From positions 2,152 through 66,151 of the forward strand of contig CAZRPW010000002.1 in the NCBI GenBank assembly GCA_964601975.1: a stretch of 64,000 nucleotides of DNA. Direction: 5' to 3'. Position numbers and translations under genes: made by a program. Positions 8,254-17,759 of the stretch are shown in pieces. The notes beneath the pieces were generated by a model that saw nothing but the letters and a program-made list of their open reading frames with translations, was not told the origin of the DNA and searched no databases. Numbering within the stretch: the first letter of the stretch is position 1; each line of letters starts with the position of its first letter. This DNA is from an uncultured Bacteroides sp. (lineage in GTDB: Bacteria; Bacteroidota; Bacteroidia; Bacteroidales; GCA-2748055).

Positions 8254-10956
8254 ATGGCAAAAAAGGCAGCTCATAAAAATACCAGCCCAGATATTCAGTT
8301 TCTCCTCCCGGATCAGGAACCAGATTCTCAATCCATCGGGCACCTCTCCGCTTTCATTGAAAAGCTCAATCAGGAGCAAATCGTCCGTGCAGGTAAGAAG
8401 GACACGCTGCATGATGGCTATGTGGTGATTTTCGAATCACTCGGCATGGAACACCAGGTGAACCCCGGTGAGTTCCTCCGGCTTCCTCTTCCGGCCTCAA
8501 ACACCAGCAGGGCATACTGGGATTTTTCCTTTAGCGGAAAAAAAGGAGACGGTCTGGGAGGAATTATAGTTCCTTCCGATGTATTCAGCTACCTGCTTTC
8601 CGTACATGGACAGGAGGGATTTCCTGAAAACGGGATAAGCAGGTTGATTCTGGAAAAACTTGGATTCCGCCAGGAAAAACTGCTCATAAACCAGGAGCAT
8701 CCTTTCCCTGGCATTCAAAAATCTGTTACTCCTTTGATGGAGCGACTGAAATTGAATCTGGCCTGGAATACAGTCCTCCCCCTTAAAGAAACGCGAATCC
8801 CAGCTCTTAAACAACTCTTCTTCACCAGGGAGCACCCCCTTTTCAGGCTGGCATTCTTTGCAACTGCCATAGCCATATTCCTGATTATCCCCATTTTGAG
8901 CCTGGATGCCGGATTATCTGGCGATGATGAAAAACACTATCAGCATGCAGAAAAGGTCTATCGCTATTTCGCGGAAGATGACCCGGCTGCACTGAACGAC
9001 CCGCAGCATAAACTCAACTTTTACGGCCAGTCCTTTGATTTTTTCACCTACATGGTGATCCGTTTTTTCGGAATTGAGTCACCCTATGAAGCCCGGCATA
9101 TCATGGTGGCACTTGCAGGTGCGGCAGCCATTCTTTTCACGGGTCTGTTTGTCAAACTGTTTTCGGGGTACTCGGGCGGATTGCTGGCAATGATCCTGAT
9201 GTTCCTTTCTCCCAGGTTCCTGGGCCATGCTTTCAATAACCCCATGGATATCCCCTTCGCCCTGGGAAACATTTTCACCCTTTATCATATGGTGAAGTTT
9301 CTTTTGAAACTACCCAGAATCAGTATCCGCTCAGCCATCTGGATAGCCTTGGGCATAGGATTTACAAATGGGATCAGGATTGGGGGACTCCTGCTGGTTC
9401 CCTACCTCTTTTTATTTGCCGGGCTCTACCTGCTGATTCATAAATGGCCCTGGAAATTTTTCTCCGCACTCTGGTGGAAATTTGCCCTCAGGGGGATGGC
9501 TACGCTTATCCTGATCTCCCTGTCAGGGTATATACTGAGCCTGCTTACCTGGCCCTACGCGCTTCAGGATATCATCAACCATCCCATCAAGGCTTTTAAA
9601 GTGATGTCCGATATACAGGTATCCATCAGGGTGCTTTACGACGGAGCTATTCACTGGTCCGATAATCTCCCCTGGCACTACATCCCAAAAAACATCCTAA
9701 ACACCGTACCGGCAATCATCCTGATTGGATGGCTGGCTTCGGGCTTTACCTGGTTTAAGGACCGGAAGAATGGCTTTGGCTTTTGGTATTTCATCCTGTG
9801 GTTCACCATCCTTTTCCCTGTTTTGTTTATAATTTACAGGGAATCGAATGTCTATGGAGGCTGGCGGCATATGATGTTCATCTATCCTTCAATGGTGGCA
9901 CTTTCAGCCATGGCATTGAGCAGCCTTATCAGACTTACCCCGAAGAATGGAATCCGCTATGCTGCTCTTGCTGCTTTAGCAATCGGACTATTCCATCCCC
10001 TGAGGCATATCATTCGCAACCATCCCAATACGTATATCTACTTCAATGAAATTTCAGGTGGAATAGGAAAAACATTGGGGCGTTTCGAAACGGACTACTA
10101 TACCAACAGTCTGAAACCTGCTTCAGACTATTTCATTGATTCAATACTACCTGAACTTGAAAATAAAAATGGGGAACCCATAAAAATTGTAAGCAATTTC
10201 AACATCAATTATTATTTCCGAGAGCATCCCGACCGGGTCCAGACCTCCTACAGCAGGTATTATGACAGGGGAAAATATGACTGGGATTACGCGATTCTTT
10301 ATTGTAATTACATCCACCCTTCACAGCTAAAAAATGGATTGTGGCCCCCAAAAAACACCATTCACGAGATCAAAGTGGATGATGTGGTGGTGGCGGCCAT
10401 CGTTGAAAGAAAAAACAAGGACGATTACCTGGGGTCCAAATTTCTTGCCGAAGCAATGCAAGAAATGAGCGAGGTAAAATTGAATCGTGCACTTCTGCTT
10501 CTTCAAAGTGCTGTTGAGTATGACCCAAACAATGAAATTGCCAGGCTGGAAATCGCCAACGCCTATGCAGCCTTCCTTCGCTTTGATGATGCAAGGAAAG
10601 AAATGGATGAGTTACTGGAGATTTACCCGGATTACGATAAAGCCCTGAACACCAAAGGATATACATATTTAATGGAATCGGAATACACCCGAAACCCGGC
10701 GCTTATTGATAATGCCATCCAGTACATCAACCTTGCCATAATGTCCAATTATAAATTTTATTCGGGCTATTACAACCTTGGCTTGTGTTATGGAAGAAAG
10801 GACGACAAGGCCAATGCCGAATACAATCTGAGGCAGGCCATCCATTACAATTCCAAATTTAAACAGGCCTATATTAAACTTGCCGAGCTTTACGAGCAAT
10901 ACGGAGAGGATGAAAAAGCCAGGCAGGCAAGAAGCTTCGCCAGCAGATTGCCCTGA
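8254..10956 (+). CDS. Polytopic membrane protein with a GT-C (family 39/PMT-like) glycosyltransferase core, C-terminal TPR repeats and an unassigned ~190-aa N-terminal cytoplasmic domain
   Basis: About 12 hydrophobic helices span residues ~200-600. The first loop carries an acidic motif (LSLDAGLSGDDEKHYQHAEKVY), as in the GT-C DE/DD motif. The C-terminus carries TPR-like repeats (AEAMQEM..LLLLQSAVEYDPNN, YPDYDKALNTKGY, YYNLGLCYGRKDDKANAEYNLRQAIHYNSKFKQAYIKLAELY). I chose the ATG at 8254. Confidence 0.65.
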   Translation: MAKKAAHKNTSPDIQFLLPDQEPDSQSIGHLSAFIEKLNQEQIVRAGKKDTLHDGYVVIFESLGMEHQVNPGEFLRLPLPASNTSRAYWDFSFSGKKGDGLGGIIVPSDVFSYLLSVHGQEGFPENGISRLILEKLGFRQEKLLINQEHPFPGIQKSVTPLMERLKLNLAWNTVLPLKETRIPALKQLFFTREHPLFRLAFFATAIAIFLIIPILSLDAGLSGDDEKHYQHAEKVYRYFAEDDPAALNDPQHKLNFYGQSFDFFTYMVIRFFGIESPYEARHIMVALAGAAAILFTGLFVKLFSGYSGGLLAMILMFLSPRFLGHAFNNPMDIPFALGNIFTLYHMVKFLLKLPRISIRSAIWIALGIGFTNGIRIGGLLLVPYLFLFAGLYLLIHKWPWKFFSALWWKFALRGMATLILISLSGYILSLLTWPYALQDIINHPIKAFKVMSDIQVSIRVLYDGAIHWSDNLPWHYIPKNILNTVPAIILIGWLASGFTWFKDRKNGFGFWYFILWFTILFPVLFIIYRESNVYGGWRHMMFIYPSMVALSAMALSSLIRLTPKNGIRYAALAALAIGLFHPLRHIIRNHPNTYIYFNEISGGIGKTLGRFETDYYTNSLKPASDYFIDSILPELENKNGEPIKIVSNFNINYYFREHPDRVQTSYSRYYDRGKYDWDYAILYCNYIHPSQLKNGLWPPKNTIHEIKVDDVVVAAIVERKNKDDYLGSKFLAEAMQEMSEVKLNRALLLLQSAVEYDPNNEIARLEIANAYAAFLRFDDARKEMDELLEIYPDYDKALNTKGYTYLMESEYTRNPALIDNAIQYINLAIMSNYKFYSGYYNLGLCYGRKDDKANAEYNLRQAIHYNSKFKQAYIKLAELYEQYGEDEKARQARSFASRLP

Positions 10957-10969
10957 TAAATAAGAAAAC

Positions 10970-12412
10970 ATGAAAATTGCGATTATAGGGGCTGGTCCGG
11001 CCGGCATGACGGCAGCTTATGAGCTTTCAAAAGAGATTAGAGGCAAGGTGTCAGCCCTCGATGTGTATGAGAAGAGTGATTCAGTGGGTGGGCTCTCAAA
11101 ATCCCTTTCCTTATGGGGACAACAACTTGACCTCGGGCCACATCGTTTCTTCTCTCACGACTCAAGCATCAATGAGCTTTGGCTGGAGGTGGTAAAGGAA
11201 GATTATGAAATCGTAAACCGACAGACCAGGATTTACTATAAGAAACGTTTTTTTGATTACCCGATAAAGGCTTTCAATGCGCTTAGTGGCCTGGGCATTT
11301 TCGAAGCCGCTTTATGCGTGCTCAGCTACATGGCTGCACGCATCTCTCCTCCCCGTGACACCTCGACCTTCGAAGGATGGGTGATCAGCAGATTTGGAAA
11401 AAGACTCTATACCATTTTCTTTAAAACTTATTCGGAGCGTTTATGGGGTATACCCTGTAATGAACTGGATTCAGATTTTGCATCTCAGCGCATTAAAAAA
11501 CTATCCCTCTTCGAGGCCATAAAAAATGCACTCTTCCCGGGATTAGGAGGCGATCATGCAACCCTGGTGGATCAGTTTGCATACCCGGTTGGGGGCACGG
11601 GAGCCGTTTATGAAAAAATGAGGCGCTTCACCGAATCCATGGGAGGCAGGGTGATGACGGGCACAGGAGTTGAGCGCATTGTTACCAGCAATAACATCAT
11701 CAGTGCGGTGCAATTGGAAAACGGTGAGCTTGTCGAATATGACCATGTTATTTCCACCATGCCCCTCACTCAAATGGTTGAAAGGCTTCCCGGGCTTCCA
11801 TCCGAAATTCTGCTTCAGACCCAAAAGCTGAGATTTAGAAATACAATCCTGGTTTACCTGAAGGTTGACCGCACAGACCTATTTAGCGACCAATGGCTCT
11901 ATATCCATGACCAGTCGGTGAACTTTGGAAGAGTTACAAATTTCCGGAATTGGATTCCTTCTGTATATGGAGAATCTGAGTCATCCGTCCTTTGCATGGA
12001 ATACTGGTGTAATTTTGAGGATGAGCTCTGGTCTATGAATCCGGAAGAGTTAATCCTGATGGCAAAGCAGGAGATTGTCGCGGCCGGACTGGTTCCGGTG
12101 GGGCAGGAAATGGAAGGGAAGATCGTGAAACTGCCACGCTGTTACCCTGTCTATTTCAAAGACTACAGGGAAGCCCTGGCTCCTGTTGAGAAGTACCTGA
12201 GTGGAATCGACAAGCTGCATGTGATCGGGAGATACGGAGCCTACAAATACAATAATCAGGATCATAGCATCCTCATGGGTATGCGGGTTGCTGCAAACAT
12301 TATCCATGGTGCCGGTCACAATCTCTGGGGAATCAACACCGACTATGAAGTTTACCAGGAATCATCGGTCATTACAAAAACCGGGCTTGTAAAAAAACCA
12401 GCAGCATCATAA
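10970..12412 (+). CDS. FAD-dependent oxidoreductase, UDP-galactopyranose-mutase/protoporphyrinogen-oxidase-like
   Basis: The N-terminal Rossmann motif is MKIAIIGAGPAGMTAAYEL...GG. The motif FFKTYSERLWGIPCNELDSDFASQRIK resembles the Glf-family FF.pYT.K.WG signature. Confidence 0.7.
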   Translation: MKIAIIGAGPAGMTAAYELSKEIRGKVSALDVYEKSDSVGGLSKSLSLWGQQLDLGPHRFFSHDSSINELWLEVVKEDYEIVNRQTRIYYKKRFFDYPIKAFNALSGLGIFEAALCVLSYMAARISPPRDTSTFEGWVISRFGKRLYTIFFKTYSERLWGIPCNELDSDFASQRIKKLSLFEAIKNALFPGLGGDHATLVDQFAYPVGGTGAVYEKMRRFTESMGGRVMTGTGVERIVTSNNIISAVQLENGELVEYDHVISTMPLTQMVERLPGLPSEILLQTQKLRFRNTILVYLKVDRTDLFSDQWLYIHDQSVNFGRVTNFRNWIPSVYGESESSVLCMEYWCNFEDELWSMNPEELILMAKQEIVAAGLVPVGQEMEGKIVKLPRCYPVYFKDYREALAPVEKYLSGIDKLHVIGRYGAYKYNNQDHSILMGMRVAANIIHGAGHNLWGINTDYEVYQESSVITKTGLVKKPAAS

Positions 12413-12445
12413 ATGAATAAGTATTACATTTGAAAAAACTAAGGA

Positions 12446-13249
12446 ATGGATTTTTTAAGATTCCTCATCAGCAAACAATTTCTCAGACACCTGGGCCTGG
12501 CATTAGCTATAGCCCTGATCCTCCTGCTATCCATCATTGTCTGGCTGAAGATCTACACGCATCATGGACAGGCCATCCTGGTTCCGGATCTAACGGGACT
12601 TTCGGAAGAAGAAGTGGCCGATGTGGTCAGTTCAAGAGACCTGAGGTTCGAAGTTATTGATTCAGTCTACTCCCAGGAGATGCCCAGGGGCACGGTCATC
12701 AAACAAAATCCCTCTGCCAGTTCAAAAGTCAAAAAAAACAGAAGGGTCTTTTTAACCATGAATGCCACGAACCACGAAATGGTAGTTATGCCACAGCTGG
12801 TGGGCCTCTCCATCAGGCAGGCACGGCTTGCACTTCAGAACGCCGGACTGATCCTGGGGGAAATACAATACAGACCGGATTATGCAGTCAACAATGTACT
12901 GCAACAAATGCATGCAGACTCCGTTATAAATGAGGGAAGCTCCATCAGGAAAGGCGATGTGATCGACCTTGTACTGGGGATGGTGAGTTCCAAAACCACC
13001 CGGGTTCCCGACCTGATTGGACTGGGCCCCGAGTTGGCCGGAGAGATCATTACCGACTACTTCCTTAATTTAGGAGCAGTCACCTATGATGAATCCATGG
13101 CCAACGAAGAAGACAGTGCAAATGCCTTCGTATGGAGGCAATACCCTGAATTTGATGAATTCAGAAGGTTGAACATGGGTATGGAGGTGGACATCTGGCT
13201 GACGATCGATTCGACGCTTCTTCCAGTGGCCGACACCCTCATTAATTGA
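12446..13249 (+). CDS. Membrane-anchored PASTA-domain protein (no kinase or PBP domain)
   Basis: An N-terminal TM (LGLALAIALILLLSIIVWL) is followed by three ~65-aa repeats. The repeats begin VPDLTGLS, MPQLVGLSIRQARLAL and VPDLIGLG, which is the PASTA pattern. Confidence 0.75.
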   Translation: MDFLRFLISKQFLRHLGLALAIALILLLSIIVWLKIYTHHGQAILVPDLTGLSEEEVADVVSSRDLRFEVIDSVYSQEMPRGTVIKQNPSASSKVKKNRRVFLTMNATNHEMVVMPQLVGLSIRQARLALQNAGLILGEIQYRPDYAVNNVLQQMHADSVINEGSSIRKGDVIDLVLGMVSSKTTRVPDLIGLGPELAGEIITDYFLNLGAVTYDESMANEEDSANAFVWRQYPEFDEFRRLNMGMEVDIWLTIDSTLLPVADTLIN

Positions 13250-13268
13250 AGCGGATACCGAATAGTGC

Positions 13269-15140
13269 ATGAATAGATCAGTAAGATTTTTAGCGGGTAT
13301 TTTTATTTACCTTCTTGCCGTAAATGGCCTGAAGGCTCAGGAAATAGTCACACCCCTGGCAGGTAATCCTCCTGCAGAAGCATATTACAGTGTAAACAGG
13401 AAAATGAAAAAATCTTCCTTTGCCATCACCCTGGAACTACCTGTATTTGAGGATTTCTCCAATTCCTATATTGAACCAGACCCCTCTCTATGGAGCGATG
13501 CAGATGCCTTTGTTAACAATAACTACTGTATCAACCCGGTCACAAATGGCGTAGCGACCCTTGATGCCATCGACTACCAGGGAAGCATATACGAAGGGGC
13601 CACTTTCGACCCAGTAAGCTTCGTGGCAGACCACCTCACAAGTCACCCGATCAACCTTGCCTATCCTCCCGGCGACAGCATCTATTTCAGTTTTCTTTAC
13701 CAGCCAAAGGGTCTGGGTGAAGTTCCCGAAGAACAGGATTCCCTTTTGGTCGATTTCTATTCCCCCTCAGATACAGCATGGATCAATGTCTGGAGAACAC
13801 CGGGAACTGAATTGCATGATTTCAAAACAGTGATGATCCCCATTACAGAAGCAAATTTCCTTACCGACTCTTTCCAGTTCAGGTTCCGAAACCGGGCCAG
13901 CCTTGCCAATACACAAGACTTTCCCGACAAACTTGCAAATGTGGATCACTGGAACGTGGATTACATCCGGCTCGACCGCAACAGGTTTGCTGCCGACACC
14001 ATACTCAGGGATGTTGCATTTATTTCCGGTATTGAACCTTTGCTGAAAGACCTTAGCTCCATACCCTGGTCTCATTTTGAAGATGCCAGAGACGTGGTTT
14101 TTGATGAAAGTGTCAGGGTACGTTATTTAAATAATGACACTATTGCAAGAAATGTAACACGTTCATTCTTAATCGAGGAACCCTATTATGGTGAATCCTA
14201 TACGCCGGCGACTCCTACCGCCCAGGACCTCCCTGCACAGGAGGACACGATTGTGGAATTCAACTACTTCTATCCCATTGATTTCGGTCGGGGCAACTCG
14301 GCACTTGTAAGGATCAAGGCTTCACTCAGAACCGAAGCTTTTGACCCTAAGAATAATGACACGGTCATCTACGACCAGTTGTTCAAAGACTACTATTCCT
14401 ATGACGATGGCACTCCCGAGGCAGGATGGGGACTCAGGGGACAGGGCACCAAGAATAGCAGTGTCGCGGTGAAGTACCATTCATATACAGCTGATGAAAT
14501 AGGAGGAGTAGATATTAGTTTCAACCAGTTATATGACTCAGTAAACCTTTCCTACTACTTCAAGCTCATGGTATGGGACGATAACGAAGGCATCCCGGGC
14601 AGCAGAATATTTGAAGATGAAAAGGACCTTGTACCAGACTACACCACCAGGCACCCGGGTTTTATCCGCTATTATTTCTCCGAACCCGTACAGGTCGAAG
14701 GCGACTTTTATGTGGGATGGCAACAGTATAATCAGTATATGCTGAACGTGGGCTTAGACCTGAATAGCCAGGTTTCTTCCTCTGTCCTTTTTTACAACTA
14801 CCAGGGAGTATGGGAGGAATCCAAATACCCGGGGGTAATCATGCTCAGGCCCTTCCTTTATGACGAGTCTGTGGGTATCCGTGATCAGGATTCGGAAATG
14901 GAAGCGCTTCAAATCTACCCCAACCCTGCCTCCGACCTGATCTATATCAAGCTTCCGGATGAGAGAGAAACCGAGGATATTCTGGTAGATGTTTATGATA
15001 GTTCGGGCAGATTAGCCCTGCAGAATATGGTCCGCCACGACCAACAAATGGATGTAAGTGCACTCAGCGGCGGTATATATTTCCTGAAACTGCGAGGCAG
15101 CCAGGGACTATACCATGCCAAATTATTGATTAACAAATAA
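13269..15140 (+). CDS. Secreted protein of unknown function with a T9SS C-terminal sorting domain
   Basis: A signal peptide (LLAVNGLKAQE) is present. The C-terminal ~80 aa read LQIYPNPASDLIYIKL...GIYFLKLRG..YHAKLLINK, the type-A T9SS CTD pattern. Confidence 0.7.
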   Translation: MNRSVRFLAGIFIYLLAVNGLKAQEIVTPLAGNPPAEAYYSVNRKMKKSSFAITLELPVFEDFSNSYIEPDPSLWSDADAFVNNNYCINPVTNGVATLDAIDYQGSIYEGATFDPVSFVADHLTSHPINLAYPPGDSIYFSFLYQPKGLGEVPEEQDSLLVDFYSPSDTAWINVWRTPGTELHDFKTVMIPITEANFLTDSFQFRFRNRASLANTQDFPDKLANVDHWNVDYIRLDRNRFAADTILRDVAFISGIEPLLKDLSSIPWSHFEDARDVVFDESVRVRYLNNDTIARNVTRSFLIEEPYYGESYTPATPTAQDLPAQEDTIVEFNYFYPIDFGRGNSALVRIKASLRTEAFDPKNNDTVIYDQLFKDYYSYDDGTPEAGWGLRGQGTKNSSVAVKYHSYTADEIGGVDISFNQLYDSVNLSYYFKLMVWDDNEGIPGSRIFEDEKDLVPDYTTRHPGFIRYYFSEPVQVEGDFYVGWQQYNQYMLNVGLDLNSQVSSSVLFYNYQGVWEESKYPGVIMLRPFLYDESVGIRDQDSEMEALQIYPNPASDLIYIKLPDERETEDILVDVYDSSGRLALQNMVRHDQQMDVSALSGGIYFLKLRGSQGLYHAKLLINK

Positions 15141-15143
15141 AAT

Positions 15144-16169
15144 ATGACGAACCCGGAACCCGACAGTCACGAGCTTTTTGAACATTTCAGGTTCAAAGCC
15201 GATCCGGGACAATCAAGCCTGAGAGTGGACAAATTTCTATCCAACTACCTCGAAGGAACCTCCAGAAGCCGGATACAGTCGGCTGCAAATGCCGGTAACA
15301 TCCTTGCAAATGATGTGGCGGTTAAACCCAATTACAAGGTTAAACCCGGCGATATTATCAGCATAGTTCTTCCCCATCCTCCCCGCAAGATTGAATTAAT
15401 CCCGGAGGATATCCCCCTGAATATCGTCCATGAAGATGAGGATGTGATTGTAGTGAATAAGGCTCCCGGAATGGTAGTCCATCCGGGCTATGGAAACTAC
15501 ACGGGTACTATGGTCAATGCCCTTATGTACCATCTTAAGGACAATGAGTTATTCAGCAGCGGGGAAGAGCGGCCCGGACTGGTGCACCGTATTGACAAAA
15601 ACACCTCCGGATTGCTGGTGGTGGCAAAAAATGAATTAGCTCTGAACAAGCTGGCCAGCCAGTTTTACAACAAAACATCCACCCGTACCTACAACGCGCT
15701 TGTTTGGGGCGACATGAAGGAAGAAGAAGGCACCATCACTGGAAATATTGGTCGAAACCCAAAAAACAGGAAACTGATGCACCTCTTTCCCGAGGGGGAC
15801 CAGGGGAAAGTTGCAATCACCCACTACAGGGTACTTGAAAGGCTGGGTTATGTGAACCTGGTTGAGTGCCGACTGGAAACCGGGCGAACCCATCAGATCA
15901 GGGTCCATTTTCAACACCTTGGACACCCGCTATTCAATGATCCGGAATACGGGGGTGATAGCGTAATCCGGGGAACTACCTTCACCAAGTACAAACAGTT
16001 TGTCCATAATTGCTTTGAATTGATGCCAGGCCAGGCCCTGCACGCAAAAACCCTGGGATTCGTTCATCCGCGAAGCGGAAAAGAGGTAAGCTTTGATTCT
16101 GAACTTCACCCCGGCTTTACAGAGGTACTCCGGAAATGGCGCAGCTATATCCAGGGACGAAACGACTAA
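15144..16169 (+). CDS. rluD: RluA-family 23S rRNA pseudouridine synthase (RluD-like) with an S4 domain
   Basis: The S4 domain is RVDKFLSNYL..SRSRIQ. The catalytic motif is HRIDKNTSGLLVVAK. GRTHQIRVH is also present. Confidence 0.9.
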   Translation: MTNPEPDSHELFEHFRFKADPGQSSLRVDKFLSNYLEGTSRSRIQSAANAGNILANDVAVKPNYKVKPGDIISIVLPHPPRKIELIPEDIPLNIVHEDEDVIVVNKAPGMVVHPGYGNYTGTMVNALMYHLKDNELFSSGEERPGLVHRIDKNTSGLLVVAKNELALNKLASQFYNKTSTRTYNALVWGDMKEEEGTITGNIGRNPKNRKLMHLFPEGDQGKVAITHYRVLERLGYVNLVECRLETGRTHQIRVHFQHLGHPLFNDPEYGGDSVIRGTTFTKYKQFVHNCFELMPGQALHAKTLGFVHPRSGKEVSFDSELHPGFTEVLRKWRSYIQGRND

Positions 16170-16303
16170 AAAAAATCACAATTATCCAATCCTATTAAGC
16201 ATTCATGGATGAATGGGCCCATTCGGTAAAATGGAATGCCCTTTACCACGGTAATATCACATAAAAGATTGTAACTTTAATTTAACATTGAGGAGAGAGA
16301 TAC

Positions 16304-17269
16304 ATGAACATTGCAATAATTACCGGAGGAGATTCATCGGAAGCGGTGATCTCGGTTAAAAGCGCCAAAGAGGTCAGCCACTGGCTGGAAAAAGCAGGGC
16401 ATAAGTGTTTTACAGTTGTAATTTCCGGTGCTAATTGGCTGGTTCAAACACAGGGAGAACAGATTCAACTGGATAAGAACCATTTTGGATTTAAGGGCCC
16501 CCAGGGAGATATAAGTTTTGATTTTGCATGGAACATGATTCATGGCACCCCCGGAGAGGACGGTAAACTCCAGGGCTACTTAGATATGATCGGCATCCCC
16601 TATAGTTGCTCCAACCATCTCTCATCGGCTCTGACGTTTAATAAATACGCCTGTAAAACCATTCTCAAGCAACATCATGTTCTTACCCCGGAGGCAAGTC
16701 TGATTCGGAAAAATCAGCATACAGATCTTGAAGCCATAGCCGAACATGTTGGGTTCCCCTGTTTTGTAAAACCCAACAGCGGAGGTTCTAGCTTCGGTAT
16801 TGCAAAAGTTGTCCGTTTCGATGAGCTGCAGCCTGCGATTGAAGAAGCGATGAAAGAGGACCGGGAAGTAATTATTGAACGCTACATCAAAGGAAGAGAA
16901 ATCACCTGCGGTGTTTTTAAAAGTAAAGGGGAATTCACAATACTGCCGATAACGGAGATTATAACCAAAAATGATTTCTTTGACTATGAAGCAAAATATA
17001 CCTCCGGAAAAGCCGAAGAGATCACTCCGGCTCAAATCCCCGAGGGGCTGGCACGAAAATGCAGCGAACTGGCCTGCCAGATTTATGATCTGACCGACTC
17101 GTCGGGGATTATCAGGGTAGACTTCATCATCAAGGGAAACCAGCTCTACTTCCTGGAACTAAACTCCATACCGGGAATGTCAAAAGAAAGTATTATTCCC
17201 CAGCAGGTTGAAGCGGCCGGACTAAAAATGGAGAAGGTCCTGCAATCTATAATCCTCGACCGTATCTGA
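16304..17269 (+). CDS. ddl: D-alanine--D-alanine ligase
   Basis: ATP-grasp motifs are present: HGTPGEDGKLQGYLDMIGIPY, FPCFVKPNSGGSSFGI, EITCGV, LELNSIPGMS. Confidence 0.95.
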   Translation: MNIAIITGGDSSEAVISVKSAKEVSHWLEKAGHKCFTVVISGANWLVQTQGEQIQLDKNHFGFKGPQGDISFDFAWNMIHGTPGEDGKLQGYLDMIGIPYSCSNHLSSALTFNKYACKTILKQHHVLTPEASLIRKNQHTDLEAIAEHVGFPCFVKPNSGGSSFGIAKVVRFDELQPAIEEAMKEDREVIIERYIKGREITCGVFKSKGEFTILPITEIITKNDFFDYEAKYTSGKAEEITPAQIPEGLARKCSELACQIYDLTDSSGIIRVDFIIKGNQLYFLELNSIPGMSKESIIPQQVEAAGLKMEKVLQSIILDRI

Positions 17270-17285
17270 TCTTTGCCCAGGGCTC

Positions 17286-17759
17286 ATGAAGACCACTTTT
17301 CACTTACTAATGATCGCCATGCTCACACTGGTGGCGGCAGGATGTTCCTACTCCGACCCGGACATCTATTATGTGGAGCCCATTCCTGGCGACTCGGCCA
17401 GGCTTGTGGTGAACACCAACCTGGACTCCATTGATAATGCAGAGGTGATTGACAGCCTGCTTTTCAAATACAGGGCCGAGATTGAGGGGGGAGAACTATA
17501 TGCTGCACAGGGAAAGGTTGAAGACCAGCCTCTGTATATTTACTATGCCAATTATGATCCCGACACCCTTTCAGGTCCTTACATACTATCAGACTCTTTC
17601 TGGATCATGCAGGATCTGCAGGCAGGTCCGGGAATCAGCAAGCTGCAATTTTCGATCTACTACAGTTCAAATACAAATAGCCTGGCCGATGCGGTAGGTC
17701 TTGAAGCCCATGTGCTGAACCTGGAATATACAATTACACTGGAGGGGGAGGCGAAATGA
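17286..17759 (+). CDS. Hypothetical lipoprotein
   Basis: A signal peptide with lipobox-like LVAAGC|S is present. I recognised no family motif. The gene overlaps the next gene by ATGA. Confidence 0.55.
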   Translation: MKTTFHLLMIAMLTLVAAGCSYSDPDIYYVEPIPGDSARLVVNTNLDSIDNAEVIDSLLFKYRAEIEGGELYAAQGKVEDQPLYIYYANYDPDTLSGPYILSDSFWIMQDLQAGPGISKLQFSIYYSSNTNSLADAVGLEAHVLNLEYTITLEGEAK

